From Acidobacteriota bacterium (GTDB lineage Bacteria; Acidobacteriota; UBA6911; JACQSX01): a stretch of 64,000 bases of DNA. Location: contig DASXQR010000073.1 of the NCBI GenBank assembly GCA_036507075.1, forward strand, positions 13,073 through 77,072, given 5' to 3'. Shown here piece by piece: positions 42,294-52,675 of this stretch; the stretch's first letter is position 1; every line of letters starts with the position of its first letter. A program made the translations under genes and the position numbers. The notes below the pieces were generated by a model. That model saw nothing but the letters and a program-made list of their open reading frames with translations. It did not search any database and was not told where the DNA came from.

Positions 42294-43220
42294 ATGGATA
42301 CGGTTGAGCGGCCTTTGCAAACAAGAGGTTTCCGGCACTGGCTGGCGGATGGCGCGCTCGTGGTGGTGACCCTCATCTGGGGGTTTTCCTTTGTCATCGT
42401 AAAGCAGAGCCTGCAGGATGTGCCTGCTTTTTACTTTAACGCCCTGCGCTTTACCGTGGCTACCGCGACGTTTCTTCCTTTTACTGTGGGCCGGCTCAAA
42501 ATGCTGGGACCGATGTGCCGGCCCTCTCTGGCTCTTGCGGCGTTCCTGTTTGCCGGTTTTGCCTTCCAGACGAGTGGTTTGCAATTCACCACCCCTTCAA
42601 AATCGGCTTTAATCACGGCATCTTCGGTTATTCTTGTGCCCGTCTTCCTCTGGCTGGTTTTCAGAAAACGATCAGACCGGAGCGCAGTTGCAGGCGTGAT
42701 CGTCGCATTCGGGGGGCTATACCTGCTCAGTTTCCCGCGCTCGGGGCTTCAAGTGAGCCCGGGGGACGTCCTGACAGCCTTTGGTGCCATCGCCTGGGCG
42801 TTCCACATCATCCTGATCGGCCGTTATTCGCCGCACTATCCGGTACTTACTCTAACCACCCTGCAGATTTTCTTTGCCGGCGCTGCCTTCTGGATTACCG
42901 CCTTGGCGCTCCACCAGGTCCGGCCTGTATCGCTGCCCGTTGTGCCAGCCGTGTTATACACCGGAGTTCTGGCAACCGGCCTAAGTTTTGTCCTGCAAAC
43001 ATGGGCGCAGCGTCATACCTCTCCCACCCGGGCAGGCCTGCTGTTCACGACCGAACCGCTTTTTGCCGTGATTACCGCCTATTTCTGGATCGGGGAACGG
43101 CTTACCCTTCGCGAGAGCCTCGGCGGGGCGCTGATCGTGGCGGGCGTGCTGGTGGCCGAAGCCGGATACCACTGGCGAATCTCCCGCCGGGTCCGCAGCA
43201 AGCACTCTGCCTCTCTGTGA
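42294..43220 (+). CDS. DMT/EamA family transporter
   Basis: IWGFSF, about ten TM helices, TTEPLFA. Confidence 0.9.
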   Translation: MDTVERPLQTRGFRHWLADGALVVVTLIWGFSFVIVKQSLQDVPAFYFNALRFTVATATFLPFTVGRLKMLGPMCRPSLALAAFLFAGFAFQTSGLQFTTPSKSALITASSVILVPVFLWLVFRKRSDRSAVAGVIVAFGGLYLLSFPRSGLQVSPGDVLTAFGAIAWAFHIILIGRYSPHYPVLTLTTLQIFFAGAAFWITALALHQVRPVSLPVVPAVLYTGVLATGLSFVLQTWAQRHTSPTRAGLLFTTEPLFAVITAYFWIGERLTLRESLGGALIVAGVLVAEAGYHWRISRRVRSKHSASL

Positions 43221-43325
43221 TAAAATCTGACGGTAACCCCTTTGAGAGTGAAGGAAGACAGATTTTTCAACCATTGTCGGGTGATACTCGTATAAATACT
43301 GATTGAACCCGGAGGAGTAAGTAAG

Positions 43326-44930
43326 ATGAGTCAGAAACATTGGAGCGAGGTCTTAAGGGAACGCCGTGGATTGCTTTTTGCAATCCTCCTTTTTACCCTC
43401 GCCGTTGGAATAACGATTGGAACTTTAATACAGTACGGCGTGCGCGCGGAGCGCAGCGATGTAGCCCAGTTAAAAATCACCGGAGAGGGCCAGCCTCTCA
43501 GCCTGAACGGAACGGCCTCATTGCAGGACGGATTCAACAAGGTCGCTCAGACCGTGGAGCCGGCCGTAGTCAATATCAACACGCGGCAGATCATACGCGC
43601 CCAGCGACGCCCCCGGCAGCAGGCGCCCCGAGACCAGCAGAGCCCGCGCGAATTTTTCGACGATGATTTCTTCGATCGATTTTTCGGAATGGTCCCTGAC
43701 ACGGACCGCAAGGTGGAAGGGCTCGGTTCCGGCGTGATCGTCGACAGCGCAGGTTACATTCTCACCAACAATCACGTGATTGAAAGGGTCGACAAGATCA
43801 CCGTGAAACTGCAGAGCGGCGAGGAATACAGCGCCAATATCGTCGGCGCCGATCCGGACAACGATCTGGCCGTTTTGAAAGTCGACACGAAGAAGCAGCT
43901 TCCGTTTGCGAAGGTCGGGGACGCGGACAAACTAAGAGTGGGAGACTGGGTACTGGCAATAGGCAGCCCGTTCGGATTCGAGCAGACTGTGACAGCCGGG
44001 ATTATCAGCGCTACTCATCGAACCGTTGAAAACACTCGTTCGTTCGGAGATTTCCTGCAGACCGACGCGGCCATCAACCCCGGCAACAGCGGCGGACCGC
44101 TGGTGAACATGCGGGGCGAAGTCGTCGGGATCAATTCCTTCATCTCGAGTACCGTTCGCGGTTATCAGGGAGTCGGTTTCGCAATTCCCAGCTCGGTATT
44201 CGTCAATTCCTACAATCAACTGGTATCGCGCGGAAAGATGGAGCGTGGCTGGCTGGGCGTTACTATGAACGATGAGATTACCTCCGAAATGGCCAAGTTC
44301 TTCGGCGCCACTACCAGAGACGGGGGGGGCTACGGGGTGTTGATCACGCGACTGGTAGACGAACAGGGCAATCCGTCCAGCAGCGCCGGCCCGGCCGCAA
44401 AAGCGGGAATTCGCGAGGAAGACATCATCGTGGAATTCAACGGCAAGCCGATCCGCAATCGATCGGAGCTTCGCTCAGTGGTTGCCAACACACCTCCCGG
44501 CAAAACAGTGCCGATCAAGGTTGTCCGCTTCGGCCAGGTCAAGAGCTTCAACGTGAAGTTGGAGGAAAGAGTACTGTCGGACCGGGAAGAGTCGCCCGTT
44601 TCCCTTGACAAGCGCGAGGAACCGCCCAAGGACAAGACCATCGGATTGCAGATTCAGGACCTGCGGCGCGGTGAAATGCAGCAACTCGGCGTTGACGAAG
44701 AAGGGGTTCTCATCACCGAGGTCACTCCCGGCAGTCTGGCCGACGACGCCAAGCTGGAACCGAACATGGTGATTGTTCGGGCTAACGGAAAGCCGATGAA
44801 GAGTGCTCAGCAGTTCCGCGATTATGTCACCGGGCTTCGTTCCGGCGAAGCAGTGGTACTGCGGGTGGTTGTGCCGTTTGGGCCACGCCGCCAGCCCAAC
44901 GTGATGTATACGTCGTTCGTGAAGCCCTGA
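43326..44930 (+). CDS. degP: HtrA/DegP serine protease with two PDZ domains
   Basis: GSGVIV, TNNHV, DLAVLK, QTDAAINPGNSGGPL. Confidence 0.92.
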   Translation: MSQKHWSEVLRERRGLLFAILLFTLAVGITIGTLIQYGVRAERSDVAQLKITGEGQPLSLNGTASLQDGFNKVAQTVEPAVVNINTRQIIRAQRRPRQQAPRDQQSPREFFDDDFFDRFFGMVPDTDRKVEGLGSGVIVDSAGYILTNNHVIERVDKITVKLQSGEEYSANIVGADPDNDLAVLKVDTKKQLPFAKVGDADKLRVGDWVLAIGSPFGFEQTVTAGIISATHRTVENTRSFGDFLQTDAAINPGNSGGPLVNMRGEVVGINSFISSTVRGYQGVGFAIPSSVFVNSYNQLVSRGKMERGWLGVTMNDEITSEMAKFFGATTRDGGGYGVLITRLVDEQGNPSSSAGPAAKAGIREEDIIVEFNGKPIRNRSELRSVVANTPPGKTVPIKVVRFGQVKSFNVKLEERVLSDREESPVSLDKREEPPKDKTIGLQIQDLRRGEMQQLGVDEEGVLITEVTPGSLADDAKLEPNMVIVRANGKPMKSAQQFRDYVTGLRSGEAVVLRVVVPFGPRRQPNVMYTSFVKP

Positions 44931-44960
44931 AGGCGGCAATCCGCACGATTAAGTTCCCGA

Positions 44961-45009
44961 GCTTGGTGCCTTGGTGGTCAGAAAGAATTGAACCACCAAG
45001 GCACCAAGC
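44961..45009. repeat. CACCAAG 8-mer inverted element
   Basis: Perfect 18-bp stem GCTTGGTGCCTTGGTGGT/ACCACCAAGGCACCAAGC. Confidence 0.9.
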
Positions 45010-45165
45010 CTTCCCTTCCTGTCGAACAGGACCAGCCATCCAGAATTCCCGCCGAACTGTAAGAACGTTTGCGATTCGGTATCGCCAATTTAGATTCTTG
45101 AATTCGCAATCAGGCGACTTCTAGTAGACTAAACTCTCCAGTTCCTGACTGTCGCTGAAATCGTT

Positions 45166-46674
45166 ATGGCAAAGCCCCGCGTATTTAATAACTTCATCGA
45201 TGGCGAATGGGTTCCATGCCGCTCCGGCAGAACGTTTGAAAATAGAAACCCCGCCGACCAGGACGACATCATCGGCTTGTTTCAGGAATCCTCGGAAGCC
45301 GACGTAAACGACGCGGTCGAAGCGGCTGCGCGCGCCTACCAGAAATGGAGGCTCTTCCCCGCCCCCAAACGGGCTGAAATCCTGTTTCGCGCCGCCCAGA
45401 TTCTGATTGAGCGCAAGGAAGGATTTGCCCGCGACATGACTCGCGAGATGGGGAAGATACTGACCGAAACCCGTGGAGACGTCCAGGAAGCCATCGACAT
45501 GACGTTTTACATGGCAGGCGAGGGACGGCGCATGTTTGGATTCACGGTTCCCTCGGAGCTTCCCAACAAGTGGGCCATGTCCGTTCGCATGCCCCTGGGC
45601 GTATGCGGAATGATTACGCCGTGGAACTTTCCCATGGCGATTCCCTCGTGGAAGATGATCCCCGCGCTCGTTGCCGGCAACACTGTCGTGATCAAGTCTG
45701 CCGAAGACACACCCTTGTCTCTGGTTAATTTCTGCAGGAGTCTGGAAGATGCCGGAATTCCGCGCGGAGTGGTGAACATGGTCAGCGGATCGGGTCCGGC
45801 TGTGGGAGCCCCGTTGGTGCGGCATCCCGACGTTGCCATGATTTCGTTCACCGGCTCGACCGAAGTGGGGCAGGAAGTTGCCAGGATGTGCGCCCCCACA
45901 ACCAAGCCGCACCATCTGGAAATGGGCGGCAAGAACATTATTATGGTCATGGAGGATGCCGACCTCGAGCTGGCCATCGAAGGCGCGCTTTGGGGAGGCT
46001 TTGGAACCAGCGGACAGCGCTGTACGGCCGCCAGCAGGCTGGCTGTTGACAGGAATGTCTATCGGGAATTCACGCGCAAGTTGGTCGATCGGGCTCGCCG
46101 CCTTCGTGTCGGCAATGGATTGGACGCCAAGGTTGACATGGGGCCGCTGATCAATGCCGCGCAACTGGAAACGGTGGACCGCTATGTTCAGATCGGAAAG
46201 AATGAAGGCGCGCGTCTGGCCACCGGCGGAAGCATCCTGGCGAAGGGAAGTTACAAACGCGGTTTCTTTTTCGAGCCCACAATCTTTCTTGACGCCGATC
46301 CAGAAATGCGAATCGCCAGGGAGGAAATCTTTGGCCCGGTGGTCAGCGTCATGCCGGTCACCGGCCTGGAAGAGGCGATAGAGATCGGCAATTCGGTCGA
46401 CTACGGCCTTTCTTCGTCCATCTACACTCGAGATGTGAACAAAGCGTTTGTCGCTGTGCGGGATATGTTTACCGGAATTGTTTACGTCAATGCTTCGACC
46501 ATTGGCGCCGAAGTGCACCTTCCCTTTGGAGGCACCAAAGCAACCGGCAACGGTCATCGGGAGGCGGGACATGCCGCCCTGGATGTCTTCACCGAATGGA
46601 AATCAGTTTATGTGGATTTCAGCGGAAAACTGCAGCGGGCTCAAATCGATCAACTGGAGGATTCGCAGCCGTGA
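45166..46674 (+). CDS. Aldehyde dehydrogenase
   Basis: [35 protein letters not shown]. Confidence 0.95.
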   Translation: MAKPRVFNNFIDGEWVPCRSGRTFENRNPADQDDIIGLFQESSEADVNDAVEAAARAYQKWRLFPAPKRAEILFRAAQILIERKEGFARDMTREMGKILTETRGDVQEAIDMTFYMAGEGRRMFGFTVPSELPNKWAMSVRMPLGVCGMITPWNFPMAIPSWKMIPALVAGNTVVIKSAEDTPLSLVNFCRSLEDAGIPRGVVNMVSGSGPAVGAPLVRHPDVAMISFTGSTEVGQEVARMCAPTTKPHHLEMGGKNIIMVMEDADLELAIEGALWGGFGTSGQRCTAASRLAVDRNVYREFTRKLVDRARRLRVGNGLDAKVDMGPLINAAQLETVDRYVQIGKNEGARLATGGSILAKGSYKRGFFFEPTIFLDADPEMRIAREEIFGPVVSVMPVTGLEEAIEIGNSVDYGLSSSIYTRDVNKAFVAVRDMFTGIVYVNASTIGAEVHLPFGGTKATGNGHREAGHAALDVFTEWKSVYVDFSGKLQRAQIDQLEDSQP

Positions 46675-47789
46675 TCATCGGACTTCCGCGCGAAGTGAAA
46701 AATAATGAATATCGCGTTGGACTGGTTCCGGCCGGAGTTCATTCACTCGCAGTCGACGGGCATGAAGTCCTGGTGGAAAAGGAGGCGGGCGAAGGCAGCG
46801 GTTTCAGCGATATGGAATACGAAAAAGCGGGAGCCGCCCTGATCTCATCGGCCAAAGAAGTCTTTGATCGATCCGACATGATCGTGAAAGTGAAGGAGCC
46901 GGTTGAGGAAGAATACGAACGTCTCAGGGAACGGCAAATCCTTTTTACCTATCTGCATCTGGCCCCGGCGCCAAAACTTACGCAGGTGTTGCTAAAGAAG
47001 AGGATCATCGGCATCGCCTACGAAACGATCCCGGACCGTCGCGGCACGCTTCCGCTGCTGACCCCTATGAGTGAAGTCGCAGGGCGAATGTCAATTCACG
47101 TAGGCGCGTTTTATCTCCAGAAGACCAATGGCGGACGCGGGAACCTGCTTGGTGGCGTGCCCGGCGTTCCGCCTTCGATGGTGCTCATCATCGGAGGCGG
47201 GATTGTAGGAACCAATGCCGCCAAGGTGGCCTGCGGCATGGGCGCGCGCGTCATCATCATGGACATCGATCCGGAAAGAATGCGCCAGCTCGATGACATT
47301 TTCTACGGGCGTGCCGAAACGCGCATGTCCCACCCCTTCAATATTGCTGAGCTGGTTTCACAGGCCGATGTGGTCATCGGCGCGGTGCTGATCCCCGGCG
47401 CTGAGGCCCCCAAACTGGTCACGCGAAAGATGCTCTCCAGCATGAAAAGAGGCTCCGTAATTGTCGATGTGGCGGTCGACCAGGGCGGCTGTTTTGAGAC
47501 AACCCGGCCCACAACGCACAGCGATCCGGTCTATGAAGTGGATGGAGTGGTGCACTACTGCGTCACCAACATGCCGGGCGCCGTTCCCAGAACCAGCACT
47601 CTGGCCCTCACCAACGCAACCTTTCCTTATGTTTCCAAGCTGGCGCGTGGTCTTCCCGCGGCTCTGAAAAGAGACCCTCTGATAAGTGAGGGAATCAACG
47701 TCTATGACGGCGAAGTGACGTGCAAACCCGTCGCCGAAGCCCAGGGATTAAAGTATCGCCCGGTGGCGGAGTTGCTGGCGGGGCGGTAG
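46671..47789 (+). CDS. ald: Alanine dehydrogenase
   Basis: [49 protein letters not shown] 46671 start with GGAGG. Confidence 0.95.
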   Translation: MIIGLPREVKNNEYRVGLVPAGVHSLAVDGHEVLVEKEAGEGSGFSDMEYEKAGAALISSAKEVFDRSDMIVKVKEPVEEEYERLRERQILFTYLHLAPAPKLTQVLLKKRIIGIAYETIPDRRGTLPLLTPMSEVAGRMSIHVGAFYLQKTNGGRGNLLGGVPGVPPSMVLIIGGGIVGTNAAKVACGMGARVIIMDIDPERMRQLDDIFYGRAETRMSHPFNIAELVSQADVVIGAVLIPGAEAPKLVTRKMLSSMKRGSVIVDVAVDQGGCFETTRPTTHSDPVYEVDGVVHYCVTNMPGAVPRTSTLALTNATFPYVSKLARGLPAALKRDPLISEGINVYDGEVTCKPVAEAQGLKYRPVAELLAGR

Positions 47790-47790
47790 T

Positions 47791-47960
47791 GGGATTGAGG
47801 GATGGAGGGATGGAGGGATGGAGGGATAGAGAGAGGGAGAGAGGGAGGGATCGAGGGATTGAGAGGGAGACACATACTCTACCGCGTCTCACACTCCATA
47901 ATCCCTCCGTCACCCCGTCCCTCCGTCACCCCGTCCCTCCATCCCTCCATCCCTCTCCCC
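47791..47960. repeat. Inverted 8-mer arrays (GAGGGATG)n-spacer-(C[AG]TCCCTC)n
   Basis: Between ald and hrcA; resembles the array at 1-78. Confidence 0.92.
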
Positions 47961-47971
47961 CGTTCCCCACA

Positions 47972-48000
47972 TTGACTAGCACCGAAGCGAATGTTATAAA
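47972..48000 (+). promoter_or_regulatory. Putative sigma70 promoter of the hrcA operon
   Basis: TTGACT-N17-TATAAA with a TGn extended -10, 30 nt before hrcA. Confidence 0.65.
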
Positions 48001-48030
48001 ACTGAGCGTGGGTTCTCTCGCTAAGTATTT

Positions 48031-49074
48031 ATGAAAGAAGAACTTTCCAGCAGCCGATCGCGCGGGCTCCTCAGGCACCTGATCCAGGAGTACATCCATA
48101 CCGGTGAGCCTGTCGGCTCCAGGCGCCTGTCGGAATTGAGCGAGGAAGGCTTAAGTCCGGCGACCATCCGCAACATGATGGCCGACCTGGAGGAGAGCGG
48201 CTACGTGTGCCAGCCGCATACCTCTGCCGGCCGGGTTCCCACGGAGAAAGGCTACCGTTTTTACGTCGATGCCTTGCTGGAGCGAAGAGAGCTTTCCGGA
48301 CGGGATATTTCCGAAATCGACTGCGCTCTGGAAAGCGGAAACTCCAGCGCCAGTGATTTGCTTTCATGCGCTTCCAACATTCTCTCCACCGTTTCGAACA
48401 ACGTCGGGTTTGTGGTCGCTCCCACCATCCACCAGATGGTGCTCAGGCACGCCGAGTTCCTGCGACTGGCCGACAAGCGTGTGCTGGTGATCATCGTGGG
48501 CCAGTCGGGAATCGTTCAAAACCGGGTAATTCGCATTGATGAGGACCTGAGCCAACTCGAACTGGATTATGCCGGTCGATATCTGGTGGCCCAATTCGCC
48601 GGGCTGACCTTGCCTACCATCAGACGGAAGTTGCTGCAGATGATGAAAGAAGAGAAGGCCCTTTACGACAAAATGCTGCAGCAGGTGGTCAAACTCGGCA
48701 CCGCCGGCCTGGAAGATTCCGCCGGAGAGAGCAATGTTTATGTGGATGGAACGGCGCGGCTTGTCCGGAATCGTGAGTTTGCCGATGTCAAGCAGATGAT
48801 CGAGATTTTCGAAATGTTCGAACACAAGAGCCGGCTGGTGAAGATTATCAGCGAGTGCATTCCCAGTGAATCCGGTCCGAAAGTGACCATCGGAATTGAT
48901 GCGGGCACGCCCGCCGCCAACAATTTCGCCATGGTAACATCGTCTTATGCGTGCGCAGATCAGACACTGGGAGCAGTCGGAGTGCTGGGCCCCAAGCGGA
49001 TGGAGTACGCTCGCGCTATTTCCCTGGTCGATCACGTCGCTAAGGCGGTGGAAAAAATTTTGAACAGGAACTGA
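48031..49074 (+). CDS. hrcA: Heat-inducible transcription repressor
   Basis: EPVGS, SPATIRNMMADLE, QPHTSAGRVPT, GVLGPKRMEY. Confidence 0.95.
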   Translation: MKEELSSSRSRGLLRHLIQEYIHTGEPVGSRRLSELSEEGLSPATIRNMMADLEESGYVCQPHTSAGRVPTEKGYRFYVDALLERRELSGRDISEIDCALESGNSSASDLLSCASNILSTVSNNVGFVVAPTIHQMVLRHAEFLRLADKRVLVIIVGQSGIVQNRVIRIDEDLSQLELDYAGRYLVAQFAGLTLPTIRRKLLQMMKEEKALYDKMLQQVVKLGTAGLEDSAGESNVYVDGTARLVRNREFADVKQMIEIFEMFEHKSRLVKIISECIPSESGPKVTIGIDAGTPAANNFAMVTSSYACADQTLGAVGVLGPKRMEYARAISLVDHVAKAVEKILNRN

Positions 49075-49083
49075 CGGGGATTT

Positions 49084-49656
49084 ATGGCTGACAAGAAAGA
49101 TTTCACGGCTACGGAGCACACCGAGAACGAGAAGGAATCCGGCACGGCGGCAGATGAACCGCAGACGGCAGATACGACCGATTTTTTTGCCCAGTCGCTT
49201 GCCGCGCTGCAAAAAGAACGGGATGACTACTATGACCGGCTGCTGCGCAAGCAGGCGGAGTTTGAAAACTACCGCAAGCGTGTGGAGAAGGAAAAATCAG
49301 ATCTCCGTTTCGCAACCAGGCAGGAGATCCTGAGAGAGTTGCTGAATGTACTTGATGCCTGTGAGCGCGGCCTGCAGAGTATGGATCAGCATGAGGCTTC
49401 TCTGGAGACTTACCGGGAAGGATACGAGCTGCTCTATAAACAGATACAAAACCTGCTCGCCAAATTTGGAGTGGAGCCGATTGAGGCAGTGGGACAGCCT
49501 TTTGATCCCAACGTGCATGAGGCCATTCTTCATGAATCCAGCGACTCCCACGAGGAAGGCGAAGTGATAGAAGAACTGAAGAAGGGCTACAGGCTCAATG
49601 ATCGCCTGCTGCGCCCTGCCCAGGTAAAAGTCGCTCGCAGACAGGGCCAAGACTGA
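49084..49656 (+). CDS. grpE: Nucleotide exchange factor GrpE
   Basis: RKQAEFENYRKR, FDPNVHEA, KGYRLNDRLLRPAQVKV. Confidence 0.96.
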   Translation: MADKKDFTATEHTENEKESGTAADEPQTADTTDFFAQSLAALQKERDDYYDRLLRKQAEFENYRKRVEKEKSDLRFATRQEILRELLNVLDACERGLQSMDQHEASLETYREGYELLYKQIQNLLAKFGVEPIEAVGQPFDPNVHEAILHESSDSHEEGEVIEELKKGYRLNDRLLRPAQVKVARRQGQD

Positions 49657-49712
49657 AAAGCTTCCCTCTGTGTAACAAATTGGCAACTTCCTGTTCTTTT
49701 GCAAAGTTTTTC

Positions 49713-49904
49713 AAAGCCGTCTACGGGCACGTGCACGTCAACGTCCACGATTACGTTTACGACTTCGCTCGGTTCGTTACAGACTGCGCAGAAACTGAGG
49801 AGCTGTCTGTGTGTTGTCGTGTTCGTGGACGTGAGACGTGGTCGTTGACGTGGACGTGCTCGTGAACGTGGACGGCTTTTTGGTTGCGGCCTACGGCCGC
49901 GCTG
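49713..49904. repeat. Inverted 6-mer (CACGTC-like) element AAAGCCGTC...GACGGCTTT plus TTTGGTTGCGGC..GCCGCGCTG tail
   Basis: Between grpE and dnaJ. Confidence 0.88.
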
Positions 49905-49927
49905 TGTTGTAAGGGTTTATCGAAAAA

Positions 49928-51040
49928 ATGGCCAAGAGAGATTACTACGAAATATTAGGCATTTCACGCGATGCGCCGGGGCAGGATATAAAGCGAGCCT
50001 ATCGAAAACTCGCCGTGCAGTATCATCCCGATAAAAATCCGGGCGACGCGGCAGCAGAAGAAAGGTTTAAGGAAGCTGCGGAAGCTTACGCCGTCCTGAG
50101 CGACCCTAACAAGCGGGCGCGCTATGACAGGCTGGGCCACGCCGCTGCTCAGGGCTTCGGCGGTTTTGATCCGGATATCTTTTCCGACTTCAGCGACATA
50201 TTGGGAGACTTCTTCGGTTTTGGGGACATCTTCGGTTCGACGCGCGGAGGCCGCCGCGGCTACGCGCAGCGGGGCGCCGACCTTCGTTATGATTTGACGA
50301 TTTCTTTTAAGGAAGCTGCCTTCGGCGTTAAGACCAAGATCAAAGTGCCGCGGCGGGAGACGTGCGAGAAGTGCAGTGGCTCGGGTGCGGAGCCGGGATC
50401 GGGACCGACCCAGTGCCCTACCTGCTATGGCGCCGGACAGGTTCGCTACCAGCAGGGCTTCTTCAGTATCAGCCGCACCTGCTCGCAGTGCCGGGGTACG
50501 GGCCGCATCCTCAAGAATCCGTGTCAAATCTGTCGTGGCGCGGGAACGGTGCCGCGTGAGAAGATCCTGGAAGTCAAAATTCCGGCCGGAGTGGACTCGG
50601 ATTCCCGGCTGCGTATTTCCGGCGAAGGCGAAGCGGGAGGCAATGGCGCGCCTCCAGGCGATCTTTATGTAGTGCTCAGCGTCGAGGAGGACGATTTCTT
50701 CAAGCGCCAGGACAACAACATTTACTGCGAAGTTCCCGTCGGGTTTACCCAGGCGGCTCTCGGCGCGGAGTTGATGATCCCCACGCTGGAAGGCGAGGAG
50801 AAGCTGCGCATTCCTGAAGGAACTCAGACCGGCACCACCTTCAGGCTCCGCGCGAAGGGCATCGTAAGCCTGAACGGACGCGGCAGGGGCGACCAGTTCG
50901 TCACCATGCGGGTCGTGACTCCGGAGCGCCTTACCAAAGAACAAAAGCAACTGCTCGAGAAATTCGCTCAGATCCGCAATGAAAACTACTCGCCGCAGGA
51001 CAAGAGCATCTTCGAAAAGGTAAAGGACATCTTTGGATGA
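49928..51040 (+). CDS. dnaJ: Chaperone DnaJ
   Basis: J domain HPDKN, G/F-rich region, four CxxCxGxG repeats. Confidence 0.97.
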   Translation: MAKRDYYEILGISRDAPGQDIKRAYRKLAVQYHPDKNPGDAAAEERFKEAAEAYAVLSDPNKRARYDRLGHAAAQGFGGFDPDIFSDFSDILGDFFGFGDIFGSTRGGRRGYAQRGADLRYDLTISFKEAAFGVKTKIKVPRRETCEKCSGSGAEPGSGPTQCPTCYGAGQVRYQQGFFSISRTCSQCRGTGRILKNPCQICRGAGTVPREKILEVKIPAGVDSDSRLRISGEGEAGGNGAPPGDLYVVLSVEEDDFFKRQDNNIYCEVPVGFTQAALGAELMIPTLEGEEKLRIPEGTQTGTTFRLRAKGIVSLNGRGRGDQFVTMRVVTPERLTKEQKQLLEKFAQIRNENYSPQDKSIFEKVKDIFG

Positions 51041-51851
51041 GTGGTTCCTGGTAAGTGTTCAGTACGTTCCCTCTGAAAGAGAGATCGTCTGGGCATGCCT
51101 TTACTGCCACGACTGCCTGGGTCTGGAAGAGACGGCCCCTGGAGCCTGTCGCGCGTATTTCCCTTCTGATGTAGCGCGTGATCCGATTTTGTCAGAGCTC
51201 CGCCATTGTGAAGCTGTTCTGGATATGAGCAGTTCCATCCTGCCGTCCGAAAACTGGCACTCTCGATGGATGAAGAATTACCGCAGTTTTCGAGTAGAGC
51301 CTTTTTTGATCAGGCCCAGTTGGGAGGCGGCGCAGTTCGAGCCAGGCCTGGTGGAAGTCGTGATGGATCCGAAAGGCGCGTTCGGCACGGGTACACACGA
51401 AACCTCACAGATGTGTTTGAAGTATCTTCCTCGCGTGGTTGCGGGGCGCCGCTCGGCGCTCGATCTTGGGTGTGGTTCAGGCATACTTTCCATCGCTCTC
51501 TGCAAGCTGGCAGCACGCCTGTGCGTTCTGGCGCTGGACAATGATTTTCAAGCCTGCCAGGTCTGCCGCGACAACAGGGAGATCAACGATGTCCGTTTTT
51601 CCATTGCCTGCGGCGAGATCAGCACCACGCGCGGGATGTTTGATCTGATCGTCGCTAATCTGCAAATGGATCTCTTGCTGAAACTGCTGCCGGATTTTCT
51701 GGAACGCACGCTCCCCGGCGCTATATTGGTCCTGTCGGGCCTTCTGGGCGAGCAGATCGATCCGGTTCGGCATCTCTACGATAACTCGCTGCGGCTCCAG
51801 CACCTGGAACGGCAGGGGGACTGGGCGGCAGTCGTCTACTCGCGTCCATGA
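51033..51851 (+). CDS. prmA: 50S ribosomal protein L11 methyltransferase
   Basis: AFGTGTHETS, LDLGCGSGILSI, DLIVANL, LSGLL; position after dnaJ. Confidence 0.88.
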   Translation: MDEWFLVSVQYVPSEREIVWACLYCHDCLGLEETAPGACRAYFPSDVARDPILSELRHCEAVLDMSSSILPSENWHSRWMKNYRSFRVEPFLIRPSWEAAQFEPGLVEVVMDPKGAFGTGTHETSQMCLKYLPRVVAGRRSALDLGCGSGILSIALCKLAARLCVLALDNDFQACQVCRDNREINDVRFSIACGEISTTRGMFDLIVANLQMDLLLKLLPDFLERTLPGAILVLSGLLGEQIDPVRHLYDNSLRLQHLERQGDWAAVVYSRP

Positions 51852-52555
51852 GAACGTTCTTTGCAGCCACCCAACAATGTGAAGCCAATTCGATCAGCCT
51901 GGATTTGGAAGAACTGCATCACGCGCAGAAAGTGCTGCGGCTGAAAACCGGAGACAAGGTGCGGGTGCTGGACGGCTCGGGAGGCATCTTCGAAGGACCG
52001 TTGGACCTCACTACCGGCCGGATGCACATAGAGCACAGACACAGCATTCCGCCTCCCCGGTGCGAAGTGATCATTGCAATGGCGCTGATCAAAGGAAACC
52101 GGTGGGAATGGTTTCTGGAAAAAACGGTAGAGATTGGAGCGACGCGAATAATCCCGATCCGAGCGGAGCATTCGGTGCTTCGCATCGCATCCGGCGAAGA
52201 AGCTCGAAAGGTTGCGCGCTGGAGACAGATTGCGATCAGCGCGCTCAAGCAGTCCGGTCAGGGCTATCTGCCGGAGATTTCGGCACCGCTCTCCTTTTCC
52301 GATGTGCTGCGGGTCGAAACATCAGCCGCACGATGGATTTTGAGCGAACGCGGCGGGAAGCCGTTGCGCGAAGTGCTCCATCGGGATTTGCAACAGGTGC
52401 TCGCCCTGGTTGGGCCTGAGGGCGGATGGAGTGATTCTGAAGTGGATGGGGCGGCGACAGCAGGATTTCAGGCTGTAAGTCTCGGATCCCAGATTTTGCG
52501 CGCCGAAACAGCCCCCCTCTACCTTCTATCGGCCATTCGATTTGCGACGGATTAG
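51848..52555 (+). CDS. rsmE: 16S rRNA m3U1498 methyltransferase
   Basis: HAQKVLRL, EKTVEIG, VGPEGGWS, LGSQILRAETA. Confidence 0.93.
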   Translation: MRTFFAATQQCEANSISLDLEELHHAQKVLRLKTGDKVRVLDGSGGIFEGPLDLTTGRMHIEHRHSIPPPRCEVIIAMALIKGNRWEWFLEKTVEIGATRIIPIRAEHSVLRIASGEEARKVARWRQIAISALKQSGQGYLPEISAPLSFSDVLRVETSAARWILSERGGKPLREVLHRDLQQVLALVGPEGGWSDSEVDGAATAGFQAVSLGSQILRAETAPLYLLSAIRFATD

Positions 52556-52675
52556 GCACCGTTCTAAACAAATCACTACTAACTTTCCCTGCCCGAGCGC
52601 TGCCCCCACCGGCCTTGCGCCGGTGGAGCAAAGGATTTTTCACTACAATTTTCGAATTAGAAATCGGAACTTGCC

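Noticed and set aside
47976..47996. CIRCE-like TAGCAC...TGTTA upstream of hrcA
   Set aside because: Half sites are degenerate and the spacing is much shorter than TTAGCACTC-N9-GAGTGCTAA; better explained as promoter spacer.
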